A stretch of DNA of 64,000 bases, taken from an uncultured Pseudomonadales bacterium (GTDB lineage: Bacteria > Patescibacteriota > Microgenomatia > UBA1400 > PJMF01). The position numbers were made by a program, and so were the translations under genes. The stretch covers positions 45,658-109,657 of the forward strand of contig CAYTIA010000001.1 of assembly GCA_964437755.1 (NCBI GenBank). Direction: 5' to 3'. Positions 1 to 9,152 of the stretch are shown piece by piece. How positions within the stretch are numbered: position 1 is the stretch's first letter; every line of letters begins with the position of its first letter. The notes under the pieces were generated by a model. It saw only the letters and a program-made list of their open reading frames with translations, had not been told where the DNA came from and made no database searches.

Positions 1-172
1 TCTTTATTCATTAATATCAAAGTTGTTGCATGTAATTTTTATCACCACATTATATATAAATATATTTAATTTCGAAAAAGTAAAAAATACATATCTTATG
101 GAATTAAAAATGCTTAACAAAATATCTTAGCTTGGACCTTAAAAATAATAATTTTGTTAGTATTCTATAAAG

Positions 173-523
173 TTAGCTGCCACTTATATTTCTAAAAAGA
201 GCATCGTTTATTAACGCTACCTCATAATATGTGGTTTTGTCATAAGTTACCGTAAGAATTGCTGCTTTTTGAATCCCATTATTATGAGGATCTTCAGTAA
301 TATTTGCATCTAGCCAAGTCTTATAATAATTCCAAAATTGCACAATAATAGATGGATTATCTGCATTTACTTCTTCATAAGTGTTGAAGTCTGCTCCACT
401 CTCATCCAATAAAGCGGCAAATCTTTCAAGAGCTTTGGTTCTCAATTCTCTAGCTTCTCTAGAAGATCTTGGTGGAAGTTGATTTTTAATCGCCTCGCCA
501 AACAGTAGCTCTAAAGATTTCAT
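173..523 (-). CDS. hypothetical protein (116 aa), no recognisable motifs
   Basis: Intact ORF in AT-rich context; no family recognised by eye. Confidence 0.3.
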   Translation of the reverse strand: MKSLELLFGEAIKNQLPPRSSREARELRTKALERFAALLDESGADFNTYEEVNADNPSIIVQFWNYYKTWLDANITEDPHNNGIQKAAILTVTYDKTTYYEVALINDALFRNISGS

Positions 524-713
524 AATACTGATATATGCTAAAAAAATTACTTATTCACTTAGAGTCGGTTATTGTAACAAAATATATCAGGGATTTCACT
601 CTCAACCTTTTCTCAATTTTAATAGTTATATTATCCCTAATGTTTGTTCTAGACAAACAAATCATTATCAATTAATTATTGTTGCTTTGTTTAAAAGCAA
701 CTGAAAGGTAAAA

Positions 714-1190
714 ATGATTAATAAAAAAATCGCCTTATCTCTCGCCACTTTTGCTGCTGCTGGAGGACTAGTCTTTTCAGCTGGAAATGCACAAGCATTT
801 GTTAGTGAAAATAACTCAGGGTTTTTTGCTCAGCTTGCTCAAAAATTTGGGAAGTCTGAAACTGAAGTCACCCAGATCATGGAAGAGACTCGACAAGAAA
901 GACACACCCAAGCAATGCAGGGTTTTGAAGGTAGACTAGAAAAAGCTGTTATGAATGGAGAGTTAACTGCTGAACAAAAACAATTGCTCGTTGAAAAGAG
1001 AGCAGAGTTGCAAGCTAACTGCGATTCAAGCGGAGAAAGAAAACAGCTTAATCACGATGAGCTAACTTCTTGGGCAGAACAAAACGGAATTGATCCCTCA
1101 TTCTTAATGGGGAAAGGTCCAGGAAATGGAGAGGGACTAAGACTTGGAGAAAATGGTCAAGGCAAAAGAATGTACGGACAAAATAGATAA
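714..1190 (+). CDS. secreted hypothetical protein (158 aa) with N-terminal signal peptide
   Basis: N-terminus MINKKIALSLATFAAAGGLVFSAGNAQA is a typical Sec signal with an AxA cleavage site; Gly/Asn-rich C-terminus. Confidence 0.4.
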   Translation: MINKKIALSLATFAAAGGLVFSAGNAQAFVSENNSGFFAQLAQKFGKSETEVTQIMEETRQERHTQAMQGFEGRLEKAVMNGELTAEQKQLLVEKRAELQANCDSSGERKQLNHDELTSWAEQNGIDPSFLMGKGPGNGEGLRLGENGQGKRMYGQNR

Positions 1191-1218
1191 TAGAAACCGT
1201 GTTATTATCAAACCAAGT

Positions 1219-1243
1219 AGCACCCCGCTTTCAGCGGGGTGCT
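1219..1243. terminator. GC-rich stem-loop (gcaccccgc-tttca-gcggggtgc) between convergent genes; weak U-tract
   Basis: Perfect 9-bp inverted repeat read directly; lies between the stop of 714..1190 (+) and the stop of 1275..1706 (-). Confidence 0.4.
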
Positions 1244-1274
1244 ATTCATATAAAAAATTTTCTAATACACAACC

Positions 1275-1706
1275 TCATCCCATAGAAAAAACTGCATAAA
1301 AATAAGCTAAAAATGAAATAATTATCTTTATAAAAGTAATAACTTCAATCTGTGAAGTCAGTTTAAAATAATAAAATTCTCTTTTGATTAATTCTTCAGT
1401 TTCGGGAGTATCAATTTCAGACCTGTCAATTCTTTTATGAACCCACATTTCATAATATTTTGTTAAATACGGAGCAACTAAAACTACAGCCAAGTTGATA
1501 ATAAAATTATTCGCTGGCATCATCTTTAATTCTCCAGAAAAAGGTCTAAGTCCATATGACCCAAATCCCATTTCGATAAAAAATGAGAGAAAGGTTAAAA
1601 CAACTCCAATTACCAAACCAGCTAAAAATGAGTAAAAATAAAGTACCCCAGATATAAATATCTTGCTGAAAACACTCTCTCCCCTAATTTCACAATTGAT
1701 CTTCAT
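1275..1706 (-). CDS. small integral membrane protein (143 aa, about 4 TM)
   Basis: Hydrophobic segments throughout; no family assigned. Confidence 0.35.
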   Translation of the reverse strand: MKINCEIRGESVFSKIFISGVLYFYSFLAGLVIGVVLTFLSFFIEMGFGSYGLRPFSGELKMMPANNFIINLAVVLVAPYLTKYYEMWVHKRIDRSEIDTPETEELIKREFYYFKLTSQIEVITFIKIIISFLAYFYAVFSMG

Positions 1707-1759
1707 AAAGTTTTCTCGTTATTAGTTTAATTTTCAGAATTATCTTCAATTTAATAATT

Positions 1760-2866
1760 TTACTCCCTGCTGACTACTTGTTGCACATAATTTCTCACCC
1801 CACTCCAATTATCAGCGCCATCTTTAGGAATAAGAATAAATGCTCCTGTTGAAGATTTACTTGAAACCAACACATTTTCTGTACTAATTACGCCCTCTTG
1901 TACTTGGTAGTTGTTTATTAGTTTTAAAACAGGCAATAAATACTCTACCGCTTCCAGATCAATATCTGTTGTAATATTTTTTGAGATTTCTGAGTATAAT
2001 TTGGGAGCATCTTTCCAAAACTCTAACTTAAACAGTTTATCTCGAACCGCCTTTAACAAAGCATGTTGTCGCTGACTACGCGAAAAATCTCCGCCCGCTG
2101 AGCCATGTCTGGAGCGCACATAAGCCAGCGCATCTCCTCCCTCCATCTTGTTAATTCCTTGAGGAAAATATAGATGTTCATACCGACACTCGAACTGTCT
2201 TTCTAACTCGAAACCAGACAGCTCAGACGATAATTTTGCTACTTCTTCAGGTGATTTTCCACAGGTGTTTAGTTCTTCTCCCGCGATTGGATACCACTTA
2301 TCTTCTAAAGTCTCAGGAACATCGACCTCGATACTGGCAAGAGGTCCACCGACAGTTCTTTTAAAGCCAACAAAATCAGCTGCTATAAAGTAATCAATCT
2401 CTAAACCGGTAATGACTTCAGCCATTTTTTTAGCTACTTTTCCCCCGCTGGCAACTAAGTTTGATTTATCTGCTCCCATTGTTAATGATTGATTGATTTT
2501 TGCTTGAGAGCCATTAGGTAACTTTACCCATAAATCACGAGGAATCGAGATCATGGTTAGTTGATCAGTCTCAAAATTTAGATGAACAAGTTGAATGGCA
2601 TCTGCTAAAAAACCACCCTGATGACCTGGACCACCGTATCCAAGTAAGAGAACTGTTAAAGTAGATTTATTGGATAAATCAACCTGATGATCATCAACAT
2701 CGACTGAAAATAGATTATCTTCTATCTCAATTGGTTCTTGACCATGACTAGCTTTAGAAAAAAATGAGTAAGAAATACTTGCTGAAGCAATCAAAACAGC
2801 AAATAATATTATTATTAAAAATCTATATTTTTTAATAAAACTGATATTATTTAAATCTATTCTCAT
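1760..2866 (-). CDS. LytR-CpsA-Psr (LCP) family cell-envelope polymer transferase
   Basis: N-terminal TM anchor, then an LCP-like core: LLGYGGPGHQGGFLADAIQLVHL...ISIPRDLWV (the LCP DxxxL / PRD region). Confidence 0.6.
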   Translation of the reverse strand: MRIDLNNISFIKKYRFLIIILFAVLIASASISYSFFSKASHGQEPIEIEDNLFSVDVDDHQVDLSNKSTLTVLLLGYGGPGHQGGFLADAIQLVHLNFETDQLTMISIPRDLWVKLPNGSQAKINQSLTMGADKSNLVASGGKVAKKMAEVITGLEIDYFIAADFVGFKRTVGGPLASIEVDVPETLEDKWYPIAGEELNTCGKSPEEVAKLSSELSGFELERQFECRYEHLYFPQGINKMEGGDALAYVRSRHGSAGGDFSRSQRQHALLKAVRDKLFKLEFWKDAPKLYSEISKNITTDIDLEAVEYLLPVLKLINNYQVQEGVISTENVLVSSKSSTGAFILIPKDGADNWSGVRNYVQQVVSRE

Positions 2867-2874
2867 TTTATTAC

Positions 2875-3579
2875 CTATTTTGCCATGGCTTTCTTTCTTA
2901 AGTCTTGAGGCATCTTTTCAATTGCATAACGAAGAGCGGTGCGGGGCATTTTCCCTTTATTATTCATCACATAATTAAACACTTCTTGCTGATATGTTTG
3001 ACTGGCTACTTTTAATAACCACCCGTAACCTTTTTGCACCATATCTTCTTTATCGGTGAGTAGTAAATCAGAGATCTTGAAAATCTCGGTTAAGAACAAG
3101 CCCTTCCTTGCTGGCACAATCAAACTTACAGCCGACCCTCTTCTTACCCATCTATTTTTTGATTTAGCCCATAATAAAAGCTCATTAATTAATTCTGGAA
3201 AGATCATTATTATTTCACCCACTGTATGATTGCAAAAAGTATCGCAAGAGGCCCAGTTGTCAACATAAGTTTTTAACCATCTCTCAAAAACCTTAAAATC
3301 ACTTTTTTGGTACTGTTTTCGTAAAGCGTAAGACCAATCACAAGCAACAAAAGACTCTTCCATATAACCAGATTGCCAAAGATTTTCACATAAATCAAAT
3401 ATCTCTTTTTTACTCTTTGATTGGACTTGCTTTATAAAATCTTTACCAATCTTTTTTACTATGGCAGATTTAATACCATAAACCTTTACTGGCTCTTTGA
3501 AGAATTTTTGAGCAGTATCTTGACCTTCTTTATCTAAGTTAAGTTGAAGCTCTTGACGAAGAGAGTTTAATATCTTCAT
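2875..3579 (-). CDS. DNA alkylation repair (AlkD/AlkC-like HEAT-repeat) protein
   Basis: 234-aa helical-repeat protein with an N-terminus typical of the DNA_alkylation family (LRQELQ...DKEGQDTAQKFFKEP.KVYGIK); overlaps folD by 4 bp. Confidence 0.45.
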   Translation of the reverse strand: MKILNSLRQELQLNLDKEGQDTAQKFFKEPVKVYGIKSAIVKKIGKDFIKQVQSKSKKEIFDLCENLWQSGYMEESFVACDWSYALRKQYQKSDFKVFERWLKTYVDNWASCDTFCNHTVGEIIMIFPELINELLLWAKSKNRWVRRGSAVSLIVPARKGLFLTEIFKISDLLLTDKEDMVQKGYGWLLKVASQTYQQEVFNYVMNNKGKMPRTALRYAIEKMPQDLRKKAMAK

Positions 3580-4427
3580 TTTTTTCTCTTCGCTAAAATT
3601 AAGGTATTCTCAAGCAAACTAGCTATCGTCATTGGACCAACCCCTCCAGGAACTGGAGTTATATAACCAGCTATTTTGCTAATCTCTTCATAATCAACAT
3701 CACCAACTAATTTATTGCCAACTCGATTAATCCCAACATCGATCACTATTGCACCTGGTTTAATCATCTCTTTTTTAATTAAATTTGGCACACCTACCGC
3801 TGCCACAATTACATCAGCAGATTTACACTCGGCAGTTAAGTTAACAGTTCGGCTATGACAGATCTTTACCGTAGCATTTTCTGCTAGCAATAACAAAGTA
3901 ACTGGTTTACCAACCAAATGACTACGACCCACTACCGCAACTTTTTTACCCTCAAGATTTATGCCTGTGCTTTGGATAAGTCTAATAATCCCTTTTGGGG
4001 TACAGGCTGCTAGTTGTTCATTCATTGGCAACGCTTTTTTTTGCAGGATTAATTCACCTAAGTTAACTGGATGAAAACAATCAACGTCTTTGTTGGGATC
4101 GATAATTAAAATGGCTTTTTTTTCATCTAAATGAGGTGGTAATGGCATCTGAACGAGAATGCCATTAATACGATCATCTTGATTAAGCTTTTGGATCTGT
4201 TTCTCTAGTTCTCCTTGAGAAGTGTTGGTTGGCAAAACAACTTTTCGTGAATAAAAGCCCACCTCAATACAAGCCTTTTCTTTTGAGTTTACATAAACTC
4301 TTGAAGCAGGATCTTCGCCCACTAAAACAACTGCCAAACCTGGTTTTTTCGATAAGGTTTTTACTTGCTCAGATATTTTTGCTCTCAATTCTTGAGCTAT
4401 TTTTTTACCATCAATTATTTTTGACAT
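3576..4427 (-). CDS. folD: bifunctional methylene-THF dehydrogenase / methenyl-THF cyclohydrolase
   Basis: MSKIIDGKKIA...GLAVVLVGEDPASRVYVNSKEKAC...VVGRSHLVGKPV...TPVPGGVGPMTIASLLENT are classic FolD motifs. Confidence 0.85.
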   Translation of the reverse strand: MSKIIDGKKIAQELRAKISEQVKTLSKKPGLAVVLVGEDPASRVYVNSKEKACIEVGFYSRKVVLPTNTSQGELEKQIQKLNQDDRINGILVQMPLPPHLDEKKAILIIDPNKDVDCFHPVNLGELILQKKALPMNEQLAACTPKGIIRLIQSTGINLEGKKVAVVGRSHLVGKPVTLLLLAENATVKICHSRTVNLTAECKSADVIVAAVGVPNLIKKEMIKPGAIVIDVGINRVGNKLVGDVDYEEISKIAGYITPVPGGVGPMTIASLLENTLILAKRKK

Positions 4428-4445
4428 ATAATTTTTGTTTACTAC

Positions 4446-6077
4446 TTAAAACAACCCTACAGTTTTACCATTCACGTCAACATCAATCATTTCTGAAGCA
4501 GGAACTCTTGGCAAGCCAGGCATTCTCATAATACTACCAGCAATCAACACAAAAAATCCCGCGCCATTACTCAAACTTACTTCGCGAATCGTTATTTTAA
4601 AACCTTTGGGAGCTCCAAGCAACTTAGGATCATCAGATAAAGAAGCTTGAGTTTTAGCAACACAAATCGGTAGATTTTTAATCCCCCAAGATTGATATTT
4701 CTTTAGATCGCTCTTTGCTTTTGAGGTCCACTCAACTCCATCAGCCCCATAAATTTCAATTGCGATCTTTTCAATCGCCTTTTCTGGTCCTATATTGGAA
4801 TTATAAATATATTTAAAATTGTTGTTTTGTTCTATCAGCTTGAGTACTTCCTTAGCTAACTCCTCTCCACCCTTACCACCCTTGGCCCAAACTTCAGACA
4901 GAGCTACTGTCACACCTTGGCCTTGGCAATATTCAGACACTAATTTGTAGTCTGCAACAGTATCGCCAGTAAACTTATTCAATGCAACTACAATCGGTAC
5001 TCCAAATTTTTTTAGATTTTTAATATGTTTGCCAAGATTTTCAATCCCCTTACTCAAGTCGCCACCACCATGATGTTTTAAAGCACGCACCGTTGCTACT
5101 AATACAATTGTATTTGGCTTTATACCTCCAACACGACACTTAATATCCATAAACTTCTCGGCACCAAGATCCGAACCAAAGCCAGCTTCTGTAACCACAA
5201 TGTCGGCTAATTTTAAAGCCATGCGAGTCGCAATTAGCGAATTACAACCATGGGCAATATTAGCAAAAGGTCCTCCATGAATAAAGGCTGGAGAGCCCTC
5301 AAGTGTTTGCACCAGATTAGGCTTAACAGCATCTTTAAGTAACACGGTCATTGCTCCAGCAACTTTGAGGTCTTTTGCATACACCGGCTTTCCATCAAAA
5401 GTGCTCGCCACAATCATTTTTTCAAGTCGTTTTTTTAAATCTTTTATGCCTGTACTCAAACACAGGATAGCCATTATTTCTGAAGCAACACTGATAATAA
5501 ACCCATCCTCCCTAACCTGACCGTTGCCAGCACCAAGACCAATGGTGATAGAGCGTAAATTTCTATCACTCATATCCATACATCGTTTCCAAGTAATTTT
5601 TTTTGGATTAATTCCAAGTTTATTTCCATAGTGGATATGATTATCTATAACAGCCGACATTAAATTATTAGCAGCTGTAATTGCGTGCAGATCCCCAGTA
5701 AAGTGAAGGTTTATGTCTTCCATTGGTAATACTTGAGAGTTACCTCCACCAGCAGCACCGCCTTTGATACCAAAAACAGGACCAAGTGAAGGTTCTCGCA
5801 AGCAGATCATAGATTTTTTACCCAAACCCCAAAGTGCTTGACCGAGACCAACAGTTGTGGTTGTTTTACCCTCTCCTGCAGGAGTAGGAGTCATGGCAGT
5901 AACCAAGACTAACTTACCATCTTTTTTCTTATCTAATTCTTGCCAAATTTCTTCACTAATCTTTGCTTTATGCTGTCCATAGTATTCAAGATATTTTTCT
6001 TTTATACCAATAGATTTAGCAATTTTGCTAATTGGTTGTAGTTTAGCAGCCTGAGCAATATCAATATCTGATTTCAT
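4446..6077 (-). CDS. fhs: formate--tetrahydrofolate ligase
   Basis: P-loop [16 protein letters not shown] and overall FTHFS architecture, 543 aa. Confidence 0.9.
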   Translation of the reverse strand: MKSDIDIAQAAKLQPISKIAKSIGIKEKYLEYYGQHKAKISEEIWQELDKKKDGKLVLVTAMTPTPAGEGKTTTTVGLGQALWGLGKKSMICLREPSLGPVFGIKGGAAGGGNSQVLPMEDINLHFTGDLHAITAANNLMSAVIDNHIHYGNKLGINPKKITWKRCMDMSDRNLRSITIGLGAGNGQVREDGFIISVASEIMAILCLSTGIKDLKKRLEKMIVASTFDGKPVYAKDLKVAGAMTVLLKDAVKPNLVQTLEGSPAFIHGGPFANIAHGCNSLIATRMALKLADIVVTEAGFGSDLGAEKFMDIKCRVGGIKPNTIVLVATVRALKHHGGGDLSKGIENLGKHIKNLKKFGVPIVVALNKFTGDTVADYKLVSEYCQGQGVTVALSEVWAKGGKGGEELAKEVLKLIEQNNNFKYIYNSNIGPEKAIEKIAIEIYGADGVEWTSKAKSDLKKYQSWGIKNLPICVAKTQASLSDDPKLLGAPKGFKITIREVSLSNGAGFFVLIAGSIMRMPGLPRVPASEMIDVDVNGKTVGLF

Positions 6078-6124
6078 AAATATCCTTTCTATTAAATATG
6101 TATTTATGTAAAGAAGACCAAATA

Positions 6125-7456
6125 CTAGTAAATCTTTGGCAACGGATACTTCTTACACAGTTCTTTAATTATTTTTTTTGAATCTTTGACAGCTTTTGAT
6201 TTTTCGATCATCTTTTTTCTAACTGAAGCCTTCTTTTCTTGATCCGCTTGAATCTCATCTTTTAGCTTAATTTCAGCAAGATCATCAACAATGCTGTTCA
6301 TACATTTGGCTATGACTCTCATTTCTTTGGCACCCATTCCTCTAGTAGTAATTCCTGGTGTTCCCATTCTCATCCCAGACGGATAAAAGGGAGGATTTGG
6401 ATCATGAGGAACAGAGTTTCGATTAAGAACTATATTGGCTGCCTCAAATGCTTCAGCGACTGTATTCCCTAAAAGATTCTTGTTTGTTAAATCAATTAAG
6501 ATTAGATGGGTGTTGCTACCGCCAGCCACCAAATTAAAACCATATTTATTTAACTCATCAGCTAAAACTTGACTATTCTTTACAATCTTAGCTGCATACC
6601 TCTTGAAACGAGCTGTTTGTGCTTCTTTTAATGCAACTGCTATACCCGCTATGGCATTCATGTGTGGACCCCCCTGTAATCTTGGAAAAACCGCTTGGTC
6701 AACTCTTTTAGCTAACTCTGGATCCTTTTTTAGACCTTTGTTTGTAACCATAATCAAAGCACCTCTTGGACCTCGCAAGGTTTTGTGAGTAGTAGTGGTG
6801 ACTAAATGAACATAGGGTACAGGACTTGGATAAGCCTCTCCCGCAACTAGACCCGCTAAGTGAGCAATGTCAGCCATTAAAAAGGCGTTAATTTTTTTAG
6901 CTATCTTAGCAAACCTTGCCCAATCTACCTGAAGTGGATACGCAGTTATTCCTGCAACAATCACCTGTGGTTTTTCCTTTAGCGCCAGCTTCTCAATCGC
7001 TTGATAATCCATCTTGCCGTCTTTTCCCAAAGTATAAGAAACACTCTTGAAGAACATTGAGGAAACGGAAACCTTGGCACCATGAGTTAGGTGTCCTCCA
7101 TGAGCTAAATCTAGCCCCATAATTTTATCACCGGGTTTAATCATGGCAACGTACGCTGCTAAATTAGCCGGAGAGCCTGACAAGGCTTGCACATTAGCGT
7201 GAGGGACACCAAAAACTTTTTTTGCTCTTTCAATCGCCAAAGTCTCAATTTGGTCAACTACCCCTTGTCCTTGATAATATCTCTTAAATGGATAACCCTC
7301 AGCATATTTATTGCCCAGACAAGAACCAACAGCATCTAAAACAGCTTGAGAAGACATGTTTTCTGACGGGATCATCATTAAGGTTTCGGCTTGGCGTTTT
7401 TCTTCTGCTTTAATAAGAGAATGAATTTCTGAATCAGTTTGTTTGAGATGTTTCAT
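6125..7456 (-). CDS. glyA: serine hydroxymethyltransferase with ~35-aa Lys-rich C-terminal extension
   Basis: [34 protein letters not shown] and the PLP-Lys region [13 protein letters not shown]; the C-terminal tail [21 protein letters not shown] is extra. Confidence 0.9.
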   Translation of the reverse strand: MKHLKQTDSEIHSLIKAEEKRQAETLMMIPSENMSSQAVLDAVGSCLGNKYAEGYPFKRYYQGQGVVDQIETLAIERAKKVFGVPHANVQALSGSPANLAAYVAMIKPGDKIMGLDLAHGGHLTHGAKVSVSSMFFKSVSYTLGKDGKMDYQAIEKLALKEKPQVIVAGITAYPLQVDWARFAKIAKKINAFLMADIAHLAGLVAGEAYPSPVPYVHLVTTTTHKTLRGPRGALIMVTNKGLKKDPELAKRVDQAVFPRLQGGPHMNAIAGIAVALKEAQTARFKRYAAKIVKNSQVLADELNKYGFNLVAGGSNTHLILIDLTNKNLLGNTVAEAFEAANIVLNRNSVPHDPNPPFYPSGMRMGTPGITTRGMGAKEMRVIAKCMNSIVDDLAEIKLKDEIQADQEKKASVRKKMIEKSKAVKDSKKIIKELCKKYPLPKIY

Positions 7457-7490
7457 ATGAACTCCTTGAGCTAATAAATAATTATTTTAC

Positions 7491-7516
7491 AAAAAAAGCA
7501 ACCATTTTGGTTGCCA
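7491..7516 (-). terminator. intrinsic-terminator-like hairpin plus U7 inside the glyA 5' leader (candidate attenuator)
   Basis: Minus-strand reading: GGCAACCAAAATGGTTGC followed by TTTTTTT, about 35 nt upstream of the glyA RBS AAGGAG; a TATAAT hexamer (plus 7584-7589, minus orientation) lies about 70 nt further upstream. Confidence 0.4.
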
Positions 7517-7638
7517 GTAGAGATACAGTTTATGAGATATGATGATATATATTTGATATTATTTTTATCAATCATCTGTAACCATTATACCGCAGAAAAA
7601 GATATAATCTAGTCTGATATATTGGAGCAATACTATCA

Positions 7639-8205
7639 ATGATTAAAGATAAAAAAGCCTCTATTAGAAGAAAAATGAAGATTATTAGAAATAATCTTTC
7701 AAAAAAAGAGCAACTAAAAAAATCTGATCTCATTTTAGATAACCTATTCTCGCTAGCCGAACTAGAAAAAGCACAAACAATCTTTACATATTTGTCATTT
7801 GGCAATGAGGTTGACACAGAAAAAATAAATAAAAAACTGTTAGAACAAAATAAAACAATCTGTGTTCCTAAAATAATAAACAAAAATATTCAACCGATAA
7901 TAATTTCTGATTTTGGAAATCTTGTAAAAAATGGATATGGCTACTTAGAACCAGTTTATGATTATCCTATAACCGACCATGTTAATCTCTGTATTACTCC
8001 TGGGTTAGCCTTCACTAAATCTGGTAAACGACTGGGTTATGGAGGAGGTTACTATGACAGATACTTCTCTTCTCATTCAAAAATTCTCAAAATTGCCCTA
8101 GCTTTTGAGGTTCAAATTCTAACAACATTACCGACAACTGATCAAGATCAATTAATTGACATTATTATTACAGAAAAAGAAATCATTAAATGTTATAAAA
8201 ATTAA
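7639..8205 (+). CDS. 5-formyltetrahydrofolate cyclo-ligase
   Basis: IRRKMKIIRNNLS...IFTYLSFGNEVDT...GLAFTKSGKRLGYGGGYYDRYF matches the MTHFS/YgfA family signature (GYGGGYYDR). Confidence 0.7.
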   Translation: MIKDKKASIRRKMKIIRNNLSKKEQLKKSDLILDNLFSLAELEKAQTIFTYLSFGNEVDTEKINKKLLEQNKTICVPKIINKNIQPIIISDFGNLVKNGYGYLEPVYDYPITDHVNLCITPGLAFTKSGKRLGYGGGYYDRYFSSHSKILKIALAFEVQILTTLPTTDQDQLIDIIITEKEIIKCYKN

Positions 8206-8230
8206 AAACGCCCTCAGATGAGGGCGTTTA
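8205..8230. terminator. bidirectional rho-independent terminator (aaaacgccctc-agat-gagggcgttt)
   Basis: Perfect 10-bp stem flanked by an A-tract and a T-tract, between convergent 7639..8205 (+) and 8256..9113 (-). Confidence 0.6.
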
Positions 8231-8255
8231 TAATATACGACTGAGCCTTATTTAT

Positions 8256-9113
8256 CTAAACATAGTGTTCGATCACCTCAGATATATCTCTATCATCTTC
8301 CCACTGACTCACCAAAGAACCTTTAGATAGAGATTCAAGTTTTTCATGATAAGCTGGCACATCTTCGTTTTGATAGTAAATACCAGTTAGAAATTTCTCT
8401 TTTTTATCGCCACCCAACTCAAAAGCTTTTTCCCAATTGGTAACATCATGATTTTCTAACTCAGCTATATTATCTCGATACCAGTTTAGATCGTTATCTT
8501 TATTAAAAGTAACGCATGGTTGCAAGATGTCAACTAGTGAGAAACCGCGATGCATAATGGCTGATTTAATAATCTCCTTAAGTTGCTTAAAGTTACCTGA
8601 ATAACCCTGAGCCACAAAGGTAGCATGATTTGCCAAGGCTGTTCTGATTGGATTAAGAGGCATCTCTATTAATCCCTCTGGGGTTGTTTTTGTAATCGTT
8701 CCCTGTGGAGTAGTTGGTGAGGCCTGACCAGTGGTTAAGCTGTAACGCCAGTTGTTGTGAACTAACATGGTTACGTTATGATTTCCTCTTGCAGTGAATA
8801 AAAAGTGGTTAGCTCCTTCACCGTAAAGATCTCCTTCTCCACCCACAATAATGACTTTGGTGTCATGGTTTGCTAGCTTTGCACCAATAGCAGTGGGTAA
8901 TTCTCGACCATGCAAACCATGAATGCCGTAAGTACGGTTGAAGTCGGCTTCATTTGGAGCACAACCGACTCCATATACAATAACAACATTTTCATGTTCT
9001 AATTCTAGTTCTTCAAGAGCTGCATAGAATGATCTTAAAATTCCATAGTTTCCGCAACCTGGACACCAAGTTGGGGCAATGGGAGATTTAATTGTTTTTT
9101 TTGTAATTTTCAT
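8256..9113 (-). CDS. korB: 2-oxoacid:ferredoxin oxidoreductase beta (TPP-binding) subunit
   Basis: WCPGCGNYGIL and GVGCA...GGEGDLYGEGANHF are TPP/PFOR beta-subunit motifs. Confidence 0.75.
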   Translation of the reverse strand: MKITKKTIKSPIAPTWCPGCGNYGILRSFYAALEELELEHENVVIVYGVGCAPNEADFNRTYGIHGLHGRELPTAIGAKLANHDTKVIIVGGEGDLYGEGANHFLFTARGNHNVTMLVHNNWRYSLTTGQASPTTPQGTITKTTPEGLIEMPLNPIRTALANHATFVAQGYSGNFKQLKEIIKSAIMHRGFSLVDILQPCVTFNKDNDLNWYRDNIAELENHDVTNWEKAFELGGDKKEKFLTGIYYQNEDVPAYHEKLESLSKGSLVSQWEDDRDISEVIEHYV

Positions 9114-9152
9114 ATTTTTTTCCTTTTGATGACTAATACTGATGATTATTGC

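Noticed and set aside
4229-4531. Antisense/alternative-frame ORFs nested in strongly supported genes (examples: 4229..4531, 6603..6788, 9569..9769, 10351..10617, 14638..14886, 22198..22530, 25330..25545, 30607..30945, 31994..32215, 37723..38209, 40232..40459, 44684..45884, 47448..47927, 54073..54405, 55392..55632, 56646..57331, 58214..58522, 59636..60325, 62191..62439)
   Set aside because: All lie inside highly conserved proteins (r-proteins, RNAP, EF-G, FtsK, RNase J, Lon core etc.), are short, low-complexity and lack start context. Shadow ORFs expected in AT-rich DNA.
7457-7640. ZTP (pfl) riboswitch or T-box upstream of glyA
   Set aside because: Looked for the conserved GGGUCGUGAC / CCGGGC-type pfl elements and for T-box specifier/antiterminator features. 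The ~120-nt AT-rich leader contains neither, so only the terminator-like hairpin is reported.
7572-7883. 103-aa minus-strand ORF from the six-frame track
   Set aside because: Overlaps the well-supported 5-formyl-THF cyclo-ligase gene on the opposite strand and the glyA leader; composition is low-complexity Phe/Leu/Ile from an AT-rich sequence; no motif. Treated as spurious.
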